Virus record (IMG/VR): IMGVR_UViG_3300017700_000502
Location: 1 to 42,713 of that record
Source of the DNA: a virus
Taxonomy: Duplodnaviria > Caudoviricetes
Strand: one strand, 5' to 3'
Length of the DNA stretch: 42,713 bases
Shown here: one piece after another, positions 34,592 to 42,713 of the stretch
How the letters are laid out: each line of letters begins with the position of its first letter
How positions within the stretch are numbered: the first letter of the stretch is position 1
Notes under the pieces: generated by a model
Seen by the model: the letters and a program-made list of their open reading frames with translations, nothing else
Databases searched by the model: none
Told to the model about the DNA's origin: nothing
Made by a program: the position numbers and the translations under genes

Positions 34592-35152
34592 GTGGCACGC
34601 AAGAGAACACCAGGCGTAAAGCGGACGGCAAGCGGGCGTAAATCCAGGGCCGCCGACGCCTACACGGAAAACCTCGAGCCCATCCTGACCCGCATGCGGC
34701 TATTCGGCCTCAGTGAGAAGGATGCACGCGACCAGAAGGCTTCCACCTTCATCGGCCGGCTGCAGCTGACCAAGGCCATAAGCCAGATCCAGTACGACGC
34801 GGCTCAGGAATACCTGCAGGTCTACGAAGCGTTCCAGCGTGCCGTCAAAAGCCCTGACGCGCTTCGCAGCTCGAGCGGTGGCGGCGACCAAGGCGAAAGC
34901 CCGACCTATGAAGGCTGGTGCCGCAATGCCATCAAGAAATACGACCTTGCCCAAAAGGCGGTGATGGCCGACCAGTGCCTATACGACAACCGCGGACGTA
35001 ATCTGTTTGCAGGACTCGACTACATCGTGTGCCGCGGCGAAGTGCATTGGCATCTTGTCGGGGATTGCCGGCTGGCGCTCAACGCCCTTGCGCATCATTT
35101 CAGTGGGAGCAAGCGCAGACAGGTTGACAGCGCAAACCAAATCGCGGCATAA
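34592..35152 (+). CDS. Late-gene regulator (Q position)
   Basis: Last early gene before terS; I...QYDAA..Y and RLALNALAHHF motifs. Confidence 0.6.
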   Translation: MARKRTPGVKRTASGRKSRAADAYTENLEPILTRMRLFGLSEKDARDQKASTFIGRLQLTKAISQIQYDAAQEYLQVYEAFQRAVKSPDALRSSSGGGDQGESPTYEGWCRNAIKKYDLAQKAVMADQCLYDNRGRNLFAGLDYIVCRGEVHWHLVGDCRLALNALAHHFSGSKRRQVDSANQIAA

Positions 35153-35189
35153 GGCGTTAATGCGACGTTGAGACTTACGTCTCCGTCGC
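35124..35189 (+). promoter_or_regulatory. Putative late promoter followed by hairpin
   Basis: TTGACA 35124-35129, CATAAG 18 bp downstream; GCGACG-TT-GAGAC/GTCTC-CGTCGC hairpin 35162-35189. Confidence 0.5.
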
Positions 35190-35219
35190 GTTACTCCCCA
35201 CAACATAGGCAGGTAAGCG

Positions 35220-35699
35220 ATGCCAGCGATTTACGCGCTTTGCGACCCTGATGGGGCGGTCAGATACATCGGCAAGGCAAACAACCCGTCTAAGCGGTTC
35301 GGCCAGCACGTTCGCGAAGCTCACAAGGGGCTGACGCCAAAGGACGAGTGGATCACCGCTTTGTGCCGAGAAAACTGTTCCCCGTTGATGACGATCCTCG
35401 TGCGGGACAGCGAGGATTGGGAATGTGATGAGCGCCGGCTGATAGCCGAGCATCGCGCGTCTGGTGCGCAACTTCTGAACGTCGCTGATGGAGGCTTGGC
35501 GCCTTATCAGTCTAAGCCTCGCCCCCGCGGCGCATATTTCAAGATGATGCATCGGTTCCAGAGCTTCATCAATGCGGGCGCAACGCAGTTCATCGGCATA
35601 CGAGACGCCCACAAAGCGCAGCGCAAGGAAGCGTTGAAAAAGGTATGCGCCGCCGATTACGACGCGTGGCTCAACGAGATTTTCGAAGGCCAACTCTGA
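35220..35699 (+). CDS. GIY-YIG endonuclease
   Basis: AIYAL.DP..VRYIGKANNP.KRF.QH..E..LI..LLN..DGG. Confidence 0.85.
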   Translation: MPAIYALCDPDGAVRYIGKANNPSKRFGQHVREAHKGLTPKDEWITALCRENCSPLMTILVRDSEDWECDERRLIAEHRASGAQLLNVADGGLAPYQSKPRPRGAYFKMMHRFQSFINAGATQFIGIRDAHKAQRKEALKKVCAADYDAWLNEIFEGQL

Positions 35700-35700
35700 C

Positions 35701-36165
35701 ATGGCTGCCCCTCCCGGCAACCAGTTTTGGTTGCAGCGCAGTTCGCATGGCCGCAAGCCGAAGTTCGAAAGCGCTGAAGACCTGTGGGATGCCTGCTGCC
35801 AGTATTTTCAGTGGGTAGAGGACAATCCGCTGTACGAAGACGGGCTAGTCACATTCCAGGGCACGGCCAAGCATGAACCGCTGGCCAAGATGCGTGCAAT
35901 GACAGTTACTGGGCTGTGCATCTTCCTCGATATATCGCGCCAAACGTGGGACGAGTACCGCGACCGGGAAGGTTTTGGTGACATCACTTCACGAGCGGAT
36001 GACATCATCCGCACGCAGAAGTTTGAAGGTGCCTCAGCGGGGCTGCTGAACCCGAACATCATCGCCCGTGATCTAGGGCTATCCGAGAAGCAGGAGTTGA
36101 CCGGCAAGGATGGCAACCCCATCGGGCACCGCGTCGAGCTGGTCATAGTTGACCCTGAGACTTGA
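35701..36165 (+). CDS. terS: Terminase small subunit (P22 gp3-like)
   Basis: MAAP.GNQFW..RSSHGR..LW.AC..YF.WVE.NPL..KMRAMT..GLC.FLDI..LLNPNIIARDLGL. Confidence 0.92.
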   Translation: MAAPPGNQFWLQRSSHGRKPKFESAEDLWDACCQYFQWVEDNPLYEDGLVTFQGTAKHEPLAKMRAMTVTGLCIFLDISRQTWDEYRDREGFGDITSRADDIIRTQKFEGASAGLLNPNIIARDLGLSEKQELTGKDGNPIGHRVELVIVDPET

Positions 36166-37495
36166 AGTCCCGCGCAAGCTGAAGCCTCTACTGCAGCGGG
36201 CTCGCTACAAGGGGGCATACGGCGGGCGAGGCGGGGCCAAGTCGCACTTCTTCGCAGAGCAGATCATCCTGCGCTGCTTCCTCGGCCCGACCCGAGCCGT
36301 CTGTATTCGTGAGATCCAGAACTCGATCAAGGACTCGGTCAAACAGCTACTGGCAGACAAGATCGCCAAGCTGGGGCTGCAGTCTGAATTTGACGTGCTC
36401 GAGGCCGAAATCCGCGGGCCTAACGGTTCGATCATCATCTTCAAGGGCATGCAGTCCTACAACGCCGCGAACATCAAATCGCTCGAGGCGTATGACATAG
36501 CTTGGGTTGAGGAAGCGCAGACCCTGTCGCAAGCCTCGCTGGACATGCTGCGGCCGACCCTTCGCAAGCCCGGCTCTGAGTTGTGGTTCTCATGGAACCC
36601 GCGGTACAAGACTGACCCGGTAGACCAATTCTTTCGCAAGCGCCCGCCTGAGAACAGCATCACGGTATCGATCAATTGGTCGGATAACCCGTGGTTCAAG
36701 GACACGCCGCTCTATCAGGACATGCTGGACGACTTTGCGGCCGACCCTGACAAAGCGGAGCACGTCTGGAACGGTGCGTATGGTGCTGGGCTTGGTGCCA
36801 TCCTCGCCAAGTGGGTCAACAAGGCCGACCGCGAGGGCCGCATCAACCATGACGTGCTGTTCGATCCTGAGGGCACAGACGTTGAGTTCTCGGCGGATAT
36901 CGGGTTTCACGACACTGCGTCGTGGTGGCTATGGCAGCGCCAGCTTGGCGGCTTTTCCGTGCTCGGCTACATTGGTGCATCCGGCATGGACGCTGACGAC
37001 TGGGCGCCAGAGCTGCAGGCAAAGCTTACGGAATGGGGTATTCCCCATAATCGACTAGGCCGCATATGGCTTCCGCCTGACGCAAGGGCCAAGACGTTCC
37101 AGTCCAAGTATTCCACGGTCGAGCGCTTCATCGGCAAGTTCGGCGCCGGCAAGATCGGCATGGTAGCGCCGTCGAAGAAGTCCGACCAGATCAGCGCTGC
37201 ACGCGAGGTCATCGATCGGTGCGCCTTCCATAAGGACCGGTGCGAGGCTGGGCTAGATGGCTTAGGCGCCTGGGAATTCGAGTGGAATGAGGACAACAAC
37301 GTCTTCTCTCGTGAGCCCCTGCACAACTGGGCCAGCCATCCCGGCGACGGGTTTGCCTACGGGTGCCAGCGCATGAAGGAAGCGCCCCCGCCCAAAGAGA
37401 GCGACAAGCCCCGGCATCTCGAGGTCGGGCCGGGCAACACGTTCACGCTTGAGGACGCATGGGCCACGCGGGCTCAGCCGGCGGGTCGCATCTAG
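36149..37495 (+). CDS. terL: Terminase large subunit (PBSX-like)
   Basis: GGRGGAKS Walker A, IAWVEEA Walker B, SWNP, C-terminal nuclease HNWASH.GD. Confidence 0.95.
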   Translation: MTLRLEVPRKLKPLLQRARYKGAYGGRGGAKSHFFAEQIILRCFLGPTRAVCIREIQNSIKDSVKQLLADKIAKLGLQSEFDVLEAEIRGPNGSIIIFKGMQSYNAANIKSLEAYDIAWVEEAQTLSQASLDMLRPTLRKPGSELWFSWNPRYKTDPVDQFFRKRPPENSITVSINWSDNPWFKDTPLYQDMLDDFAADPDKAEHVWNGAYGAGLGAILAKWVNKADREGRINHDVLFDPEGTDVEFSADIGFHDTASWWLWQRQLGGFSVLGYIGASGMDADDWAPELQAKLTEWGIPHNRLGRIWLPPDARAKTFQSKYSTVERFIGKFGAGKIGMVAPSKKSDQISAAREVIDRCAFHKDRCEAGLDGLGAWEFEWNEDNNVFSREPLHNWASHPGDGFAYGCQRMKEAPPPKESDKPRHLEVGPGNTFTLEDAWATRAQPAGRI

Positions 37496-37586
37496 AACAG
37501 ACTTGCTCAAACAGCGGCCTATCAGCCGGTGATGTCTGCCTGTTTGCCGGGTTGGATAGAAATGATTTTGCGCCAGTGGGGTGCCA

Positions 37587-38432
37587 ATGCCTAACGCAAC
37601 GCTGACCGACAGCAATTCCATCGAGTACGATGCGAGCTTCCCGTTCCCGGTCACGCCGGTTGGAAGCGGGCCAGGTGGGAGCACCCAGGTCGAGATCGTA
37701 GACGCCTCTGGCGTTCCTCTGACCTACAACGCCAATGGTCAGGCGACTATGGCGAATAGCTCGCCAGTGGTCATTGCGAGCGACCAGACGGCTGTGGCGT
37801 CCAACATCACTCAAACTGGCGGCAATCCGCTAGCGGCCGATGATGCCGCCGCTGGCACTACAGTGCCACTTCCGCTTGGTGGTATCGTCAATACGACCTA
37901 CCCCACATATTCCAACCTTGATCGCGCTCAAGCACAGTTCGGCACGGGCGGTGAGCTGGTGTCGTCTCCCCGCGCCGCGAGCGCAGCTTTTACCGATGGC
38001 TTTAGCAATACCGCCAGTCAAATGCTGGGGATTACGACGGCTGCGGCCACGGCCTCCGTATCCATGAGGGTGATGCCCTTTGGTTTCAATGGCACAACAT
38101 GGGACCGGATGCGCCTCGCGGGCTCTCAGCTTGGGCTGCTGGTCGAGCAAGGGCCATTTTTGCGGGGTAGGGCAGTTGCAGACTCGCAAATTAAGGGGGC
38201 TGCCGGCTTCATCCATACCGTCTCGATTGCTCCCGTGACGGCCACGCCGACTGCTGGTCTGCTGACGATCTACGACAGCACTGCCGAAAGCGGCACAGTG
38301 GTTTATGCTGAGTGGATTTTCGCAACTACGCCGGGCCATACCGTCACCCTCGACATTCCGTGCTCGACTGGCATTTACGTCGGTTTCGACGGGACGCTGG
38401 CCAATGTCCAGGTGACCGTGGCGTACCGCTGA
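37587..38432 (+). CDS. Beta-rich putative virion surface protein
   Basis: T/A/S/G-rich; NGQATMANSSPVVIASDQ, FNGTTWDR, LTIYD..SGT motifs. Confidence 0.6.
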   Translation: MPNATLTDSNSIEYDASFPFPVTPVGSGPGGSTQVEIVDASGVPLTYNANGQATMANSSPVVIASDQTAVASNITQTGGNPLAADDAAAGTTVPLPLGGIVNTTYPTYSNLDRAQAQFGTGGELVSSPRAASAAFTDGFSNTASQMLGITTAAATASVSMRVMPFGFNGTTWDRMRLAGSQLGLLVEQGPFLRGRAVADSQIKGAAGFIHTVSIAPVTATPTAGLLTIYDSTAESGTVVYAEWIFATTPGHTVTLDIPCSTGIYVGFDGTLANVQVTVAYR

Positions 38433-39085
38433 TGGTCGGCACATTTCTGCAATTGCGTGTATCTCCTTCTGCGGTGGAGGATGACTTTCGCCGGGCGAAT
38501 GGCGCCATCGGCTACGCGCCGACAAGGCAGCAGTGGATACAAGTGCCGACTTCCATCGGCCCGCAGGTTGTTCTCGCCACTATCAGCGACAATACGCTGG
38601 TCGCGCCATCAAGCGGCATTGCGACAACCGCAGCTTACAGCGGGGTCACGCTGCCCTCTCCAGTTCGGGTATTCCAGACAACGGCGGCATGGAGTGATGG
38701 CGACAATACCGGCGCGTTAGGCATGATTACCAACCCGCACGGGTTGACTAAAATAACCGACATCACATCAGGCTCGCTGCATGTGGTCATCACCCCGACG
38801 AAGATGGACATCGGGATCTATGCGGGGGGTCTGGGCGTGCTCCGCAGCGTGACATTCGCTTCGCCGATGCTGAAGGACGGAACACAGTACACCAATCGTT
38901 ACACGGTGGATGAAGACACGTTCAGCTATCGCATGTGGGACGGGACGGTTGGCTCCATCAGCGACCCGCTCATCGGCACGTACAACGGCCAGTTTGCGAC
39001 CATTGAGCATTTCCGAACGACGCTGACTGGCACATTGCCAATTTTCACCGACATGCGTGCGTCAACGATAGCTGAGAACGTGTGA
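38432..39085 (+). CDS. Beta-sandwich/lectin-like hypothetical protein
   Basis: DDFRRANG..G..W N-terminus; T/S/G-rich; TGATG-coupled. Confidence 0.55.
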   Translation: MVGTFLQLRVSPSAVEDDFRRANGAIGYAPTRQQWIQVPTSIGPQVVLATISDNTLVAPSSGIATTAAYSGVTLPSPVRVFQTTAAWSDGDNTGALGMITNPHGLTKITDITSGSLHVVITPTKMDIGIYAGGLGVLRSVTFASPMLKDGTQYTNRYTVDEDTFSYRMWDGTVGSISDPLIGTYNGQFATIEHFRTTLTGTLPIFTDMRASTIAENV

Positions 39086-39151
39086 CTGCTCTGCAGCCCG
39101 GCGGGCTGGCCTACCGCCGCATGACCTCGCGCTCCTAGCGCTGGAGACACA

Positions 39152-39442
39152 ATGCTAAACCCCTTCACTCCCAACAGCACGGTATCTCGCACCGTCACCG
39201 GCACGACCGCGAACGTCGCCCTCCCATCCACACAGGGCAACCAGGTGATGGTGACGAGCGCGTCTGGCAACTCCATCGCGTTCATCAAGTTCGGCAGCTC
39301 GTCGGTGACTGCTGCGGTAACCGACACGCCGATCCTTCCCGGCACGGTGCAGGTGTTCACGGTGCAGGACAGCATGACGACGGTCGCGGCCATCGGCACC
39401 ACGGGGACGACGCTCTACTTCACCTCGGGCGACGGCCAGTAA
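39152..39442 (+). CDS. Small beta-strand virion protein (possible head-spike base)
   Basis: GGAG RBS; 96 aa, very T/V/S-rich; AFIKFG..D.PILPG..F..AAI..LYFT.G.G. Confidence 0.6.
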   Translation: MLNPFTPNSTVSRTVTGTTANVALPSTQGNQVMVTSASGNSIAFIKFGSSSVTAAVTDTPILPGTVQVFTVQDSMTTVAAIGTTGTTLYFTSGDGQ

Positions 39443-40189
39443 ATGCTGCGCCGCACGTCTGGGAACAGGCTCAGGGCTTGGGTGGGCGGCCCGTTCACGC
39501 CGTCGTCTTTAGGCGCATCACTGCTTGCATGGTGGAACGCCGATAGGGCAGACCTCATTACCCTATCCGGCGCGCAGGTCACGTCATGGAAAGACGTGGT
39601 TGCGGCTTACGACCTCGTGCAGGCAGTCGGCGGGGCGCGCCCTCTGTATTCCGACACGAGCTTCAATGGGCACCCCGGAGTTACGGCGGACGGCACTGAC
39701 GACGAGCTTACCCTCGCCAGCGTGATCCTTTCCGGGGCCACAGCGCATGAGATTTGGGCGACTGTCAGGCAGGACGCATTGGCCGCCAATACAACGTTCC
39801 GAGCGGTCTTTTCGTTTGGTGGGACCACGGGGAACACCTCTAACCAACTACTGCGGTGGGTATCTGGGGGGCAGAACTCGATCCTATGGCAGATCGGCCA
39901 GGGAGCCTCTACAGCCCAGCCGATCCAGACAACTACAGACTTGTCGGGTTACCGTTACATCCGGGGGCAAAGCGGCGCGACCGGCATTGTAGGGGTCGAT
40001 GGCGTTGATGGAAGTTCTGTCGCTTCGTCGCAAAACATCTCAACCACACGGACCCGAATGTTCGCCAATACCGCTAACACCGCTGGCAACTTTGGGCAGT
40101 GCGCCAATCGGGATGTGGTGATTACGGCGCCCCTTACTGCGGGGCAGGCAACTCAAATGGCCGCATGGGCGGCAGGAAGGCTCGTCTGA
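39443..40189 (+). CDS. LamG/ConA-like fibre protein
   Basis: FTPSSLG..L.AWW.AD..V..WKD..Q..RP.Y..NG.PG..DGTDD.L motif. Confidence 0.65.
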   Translation: MLRRTSGNRLRAWVGGPFTPSSLGASLLAWWNADRADLITLSGAQVTSWKDVVAAYDLVQAVGGARPLYSDTSFNGHPGVTADGTDDELTLASVILSGATAHEIWATVRQDALAANTTFRAVFSFGGTTGNTSNQLLRWVSGGQNSILWQIGQGASTAQPIQTTTDLSGYRYIRGQSGATGIVGVDGVDGSSVASSQNISTTRTRMFANTANTAGNFGQCANRDVVITAPLTAGQATQMAAWAAGRLV

Positions 40190-40458
40190 TGCCAAACCGG
40201 TTCGTCATTTTCCCCGTCGATAAGCTCACTGCCGCCGAAGCCTACAAAGCGTGGGGCGATGCGCAGTTCCAGGCGCTCTCCGGCGAGGTGGGCGGTATCC
40301 TCGGGCTGCTCAATACCGATGCCTTCGGCCAGCATGTAACGGTCTATTTCGGCCCTCCGTTCGTATGGATGGAGGAAGTGCCGGAGCCTGTGGGCGGACC
40401 AGCCATGCGCGCCGATGGTGTGTTGCATGACGACTGGGTCAGGCCCCCCGAGGAATGA
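40189..40458 (+). CDS. Hypothetical protein
   Basis: TGATG-coupled. Confidence 0.6.
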   Translation: MPNRFVIFPVDKLTAAEAYKAWGDAQFQALSGEVGGILGLLNTDAFGQHVTVYFGPPFVWMEEVPEPVGGPAMRADGVLHDDWVRPPEE

Positions 40459-40622
40459 GCCTAGACGAAGCGGCTAAGTACCTCGGCATTCCACCCGGCA
40501 TGCTGCACTCGCTGGCATGGGCCAACTCGGTAAAGACCGAGCAGCCGAAGAACTACTGGCATCCGACCTTCGCCAAGGCTGACCTTGACGAATGGCTCCG
40601 CGACGTAAAGCGGAAAGGCTGA
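40455..40622 (+). CDS. Small HTH_17/Xis-like protein (55 aa), not in ORF track
   Basis: MSLDEAAKYLGI..L..W..F.KADLDEWL; ATGA overlap. Confidence 0.6.
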   Translation: MSLDEAAKYLGIPPGMLHSLAWANSVKTEQPKNYWHPTFAKADLDEWLRDVKRKG

Positions 40623-40630
40623 ACCACCTC

Positions 40631-42713
40631 ATGGCCGAAGAAATGCCCAACCTGCAGCAAGTGCGGGAACGAGAGACCTTTGCCCGGTGGAAGGCAGAGA
40701 TCGACTTCGCGCAGAAGGACGACAAGTACGTCGCCTGGCTGCACCGTTGCCAGAAGATCGTGCAGCGCTACCGGGACGAACGGCCGAACCCGCAGGACAC
40801 GGCCAAGCGCCGGATGAACATCCTGTGGTCCAACGTGCAGACGCTGATGCCGGCGATTTACGGCAAGATGCCCAAGCCGATTGTTGAGCGCCGGTTCATG
40901 GACCGCGACCCCGCGGCCCGGCTGGCGTCCACCATCCTCGAGCGCGTGTGCTCGTTCCAGATGGAGGTCGGATACTACAACGCCTCGGTGCAGAAGTCTG
41001 TGCTGGATTACCTGCTGCCCGGCATGGGACAGGTGTGGGTGCGGTACGAACCGCAGTTCGAAGCGTCGGAAGAGGCTGGCGAGAACGAACAGGTCGAAGC
41101 CGAGGTTGAGGCGGAAGACCCGAACCGCTCCGCTGAGGACATTGCCGAGGAAGGCGATGGCTCGATCTATGAGAAGCTGGCCTATGAGCGGGTCTGTGTC
41201 GATTACGTGTTCTACCGGGACTTCCTGTGGGGGCCGGCAAGGAACTGGCAGGAAGTGCCGTGGGTGGGGCGCCGTTCGTGGCTGACTCATTCGGAGGTTG
41301 CCGAAAAGTTCTACGACGACGATCTGCAAAAGGCCAAGCGGATCACGCTCGACTATACGCCCGACAAGCTGAAGGACACCACGTCCGAAGAGGACAAGTC
41401 GGTCTCCTACTTCAAGAAGGCCGAGATCTGGGAAATCTGGAACAAGGCCGACCGGACCGTCTACTTCATCGCCCCGAACACGCCAGACGTGGTGCTGAAG
41501 GAGGAAAAGAACCCCGTTTTGGCGCTTGAGAACTTCTGGCCGTGTCCCGAGCCGCTGTTCACGACGCTGACCAATGACAGCCTTATCCCGGTGCCCGACT
41601 ATGTCGAGTATCAGGACCAGGCGCAGGAGGTTGACGACCTCACCAACCGCATCGCCAAGATCACCGACGCGGTGCGGGCGAACGGCGTGTACAACGCCAG
41701 CTATCCGGCTATCCAGCGCTTGCTGCAGGAAGGCACCGACAACAAGCTGATCCCGGTCGATGACTGGGCGGCGTTCTCCGAAAAGGGCGGCATGCAGGGT
41801 GCCATGGCGCTCGTCCCCATGAAGGAGATCATGGAGGTACTGCTACGGCTCTATGAGGCCCGCGCGCAGGTCAAGACCGACCTCTACGAAGTGACCGGCA
41901 TTTCGGACATTGTCCGCGGGCAGGCGAGCGGTGGGGGCGCCAAGACGGCGACCGAGCAGCGCATCAAGGGGCAGTTCGCCAACCTTCGCCTGCAGGACCG
42001 GCAATCAGCCGTGGCCAATTTCTGCCGATCGACGCTGAAGATCATGGCCGAAATCATATCGGAAATGTTCTCGCCGGAAAGCCTGTTGCAGATGTCCGGC
42101 GTGCAGCAGATGCAGCAGGATGCGGTGCAGAAGGCCGTGGCAAAGGTAAAGCCGCCGCAGATGCCGCCAGACGTGCCGCCTGAGCAGCAACAGCAGTTGC
42201 AGGCCCAGATGCAGCAGCAGTTCCAGATGATGCAGCAGCAGGCCGGCCAGCAGGCACAGGCCGAACAGGACGCACAGTTCGCCAAGGCGCTGGAAATCCT
42301 GCGCAGCGACAAGCTGCGGGGCTTCCGGGTCGATATCGAGACCGACTCCACGATCCTCGCTGATGCAGAGGCAGACCGGCAGTCGGCAATCGAACTGTTT
42401 ACCGCCACGTCGCAGGGCAGCCTGTCGATTGCGCCGATTGCGCAGGCCGCGCCCGAACTGGTTGAGCCGATGGGCGACATTCTGCTGAACGCCTACCGCA
42501 AGTTCCGCGTGGGCCGGTCGATGGAAAGCTCGCTTGAGGACGCGCTGATCAAGGTGACGGAACGGCTGCAGGAATCCGCGGCCAATCCCCAGCCGAACCC
42601 TGACCAGATCAAGGCTCAGGCCGAGATGCAGAAGCAGGAAGCCGAGACCAAGCGCCAGGAACAGGAACTCGCCAACGACCGCGAGCGCCACCAGATGGAT
42701 ATGGCGGCGCTGC
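40631..42713 (+). CDS. Portal protein (about 789 aa when joined to 3..410)
   Basis: Open from ATG 40631 to window end; NILWSNVQTL.PAIY, YEVTGISDIVRG, FRVDIETDSTI; between terL and scaffold. Confidence 0.9.
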   Translation, partial: MAEEMPNLQQVRERETFARWKAEIDFAQKDDKYVAWLHRCQKIVQRYRDERPNPQDTAKRRMNILWSNVQTLMPAIYGKMPKPIVERRFMDRDPAARLASTILERVCSFQMEVGYYNASVQKSVLDYLLPGMGQVWVRYEPQFEASEEAGENEQVEAEVEAEDPNRSAEDIAEEGDGSIYEKLAYERVCVDYVFYRDFLWGPARNWQEVPWVGRRSWLTHSEVAEKFYDDDLQKAKRITLDYTPDKLKDTTSEEDKSVSYFKKAEIWEIWNKADRTVYFIAPNTPDVVLKEEKNPVLALENFWPCPEPLFTTLTNDSLIPVPDYVEYQDQAQEVDDLTNRIAKITDAVRANGVYNASYPAIQRLLQEGTDNKLIPVDDWAAFSEKGGMQGAMALVPMKEIMEVLLRLYEARAQVKTDLYEVTGISDIVRGQASGGGAKTATEQRIKGQFANLRLQDRQSAVANFCRSTLKIMAEIISEMFSPESLLQMSGVQQMQQDAVQKAVAKVKPPQMPPDVPPEQQQQLQAQMQQQFQMMQQQAGQQAQAEQDAQFAKALEILRSDKLRGFRVDIETDSTILADAEADRQSAIELFTATSQGSLSIAPIAQAAPELVEPMGDILLNAYRKFRVGRSMESSLEDALIKVTERLQESAANPQPNPDQIKAQAEMQKQEAETKRQEQELANDRERHQMDMAAL
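42591..42713 (+). repeat. Terminal direct repeat copy 2
   Basis: Identical to 1-123. Confidence 0.97.

Larger units (their letters stand above)
1..42713. mobile_element. Complete temperate podovirus-like phage genome (circular, 42590 bp unique), probable alphaproteobacterial host
   Basis: All modules present (packaging, head, short tail without tape measure, lysis, int/attP, cI/cro, recombination, replication); terminal overlap; no host genes. Confidence 0.95.

Overview
The window is one complete, circularly assembled temperate phage genome of about 42.6 kb. Bases 1-123 are identical to 42591-42713, the portal gene runs through that junction, and attP is intact. Gene content points to a P22/epsilon15-style podovirus of an alphaproteobacterium (GcrA- and GapR-like genes, CtrA box). 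Layout: late operon on + (terS, terL, beta-rich cluster, portal, scaffold, capsid, tail and ejection proteins, tail fibre, lysis genes), attP matching the 3' half of tRNA-Ser(GCT), integrase/xis and a leftward early operon (Sak4-like, exonuclease, NinB, DpdA/TGT-like), a cI/cro switch with four 15-bp operators, and a rightward early/replication operon. Most notable: a stand-alone MutS mismatch-recognition domain; both a DpdA-like and a Mom-like DNA-modifying enzyme; a CtrA box plus DnaA boxes between gcrA and rep; a hairpin array with anti-SD loops; and 14 early proteins ending in Ala-Ala. All family calls are by-eye motif recognition, not database searches.
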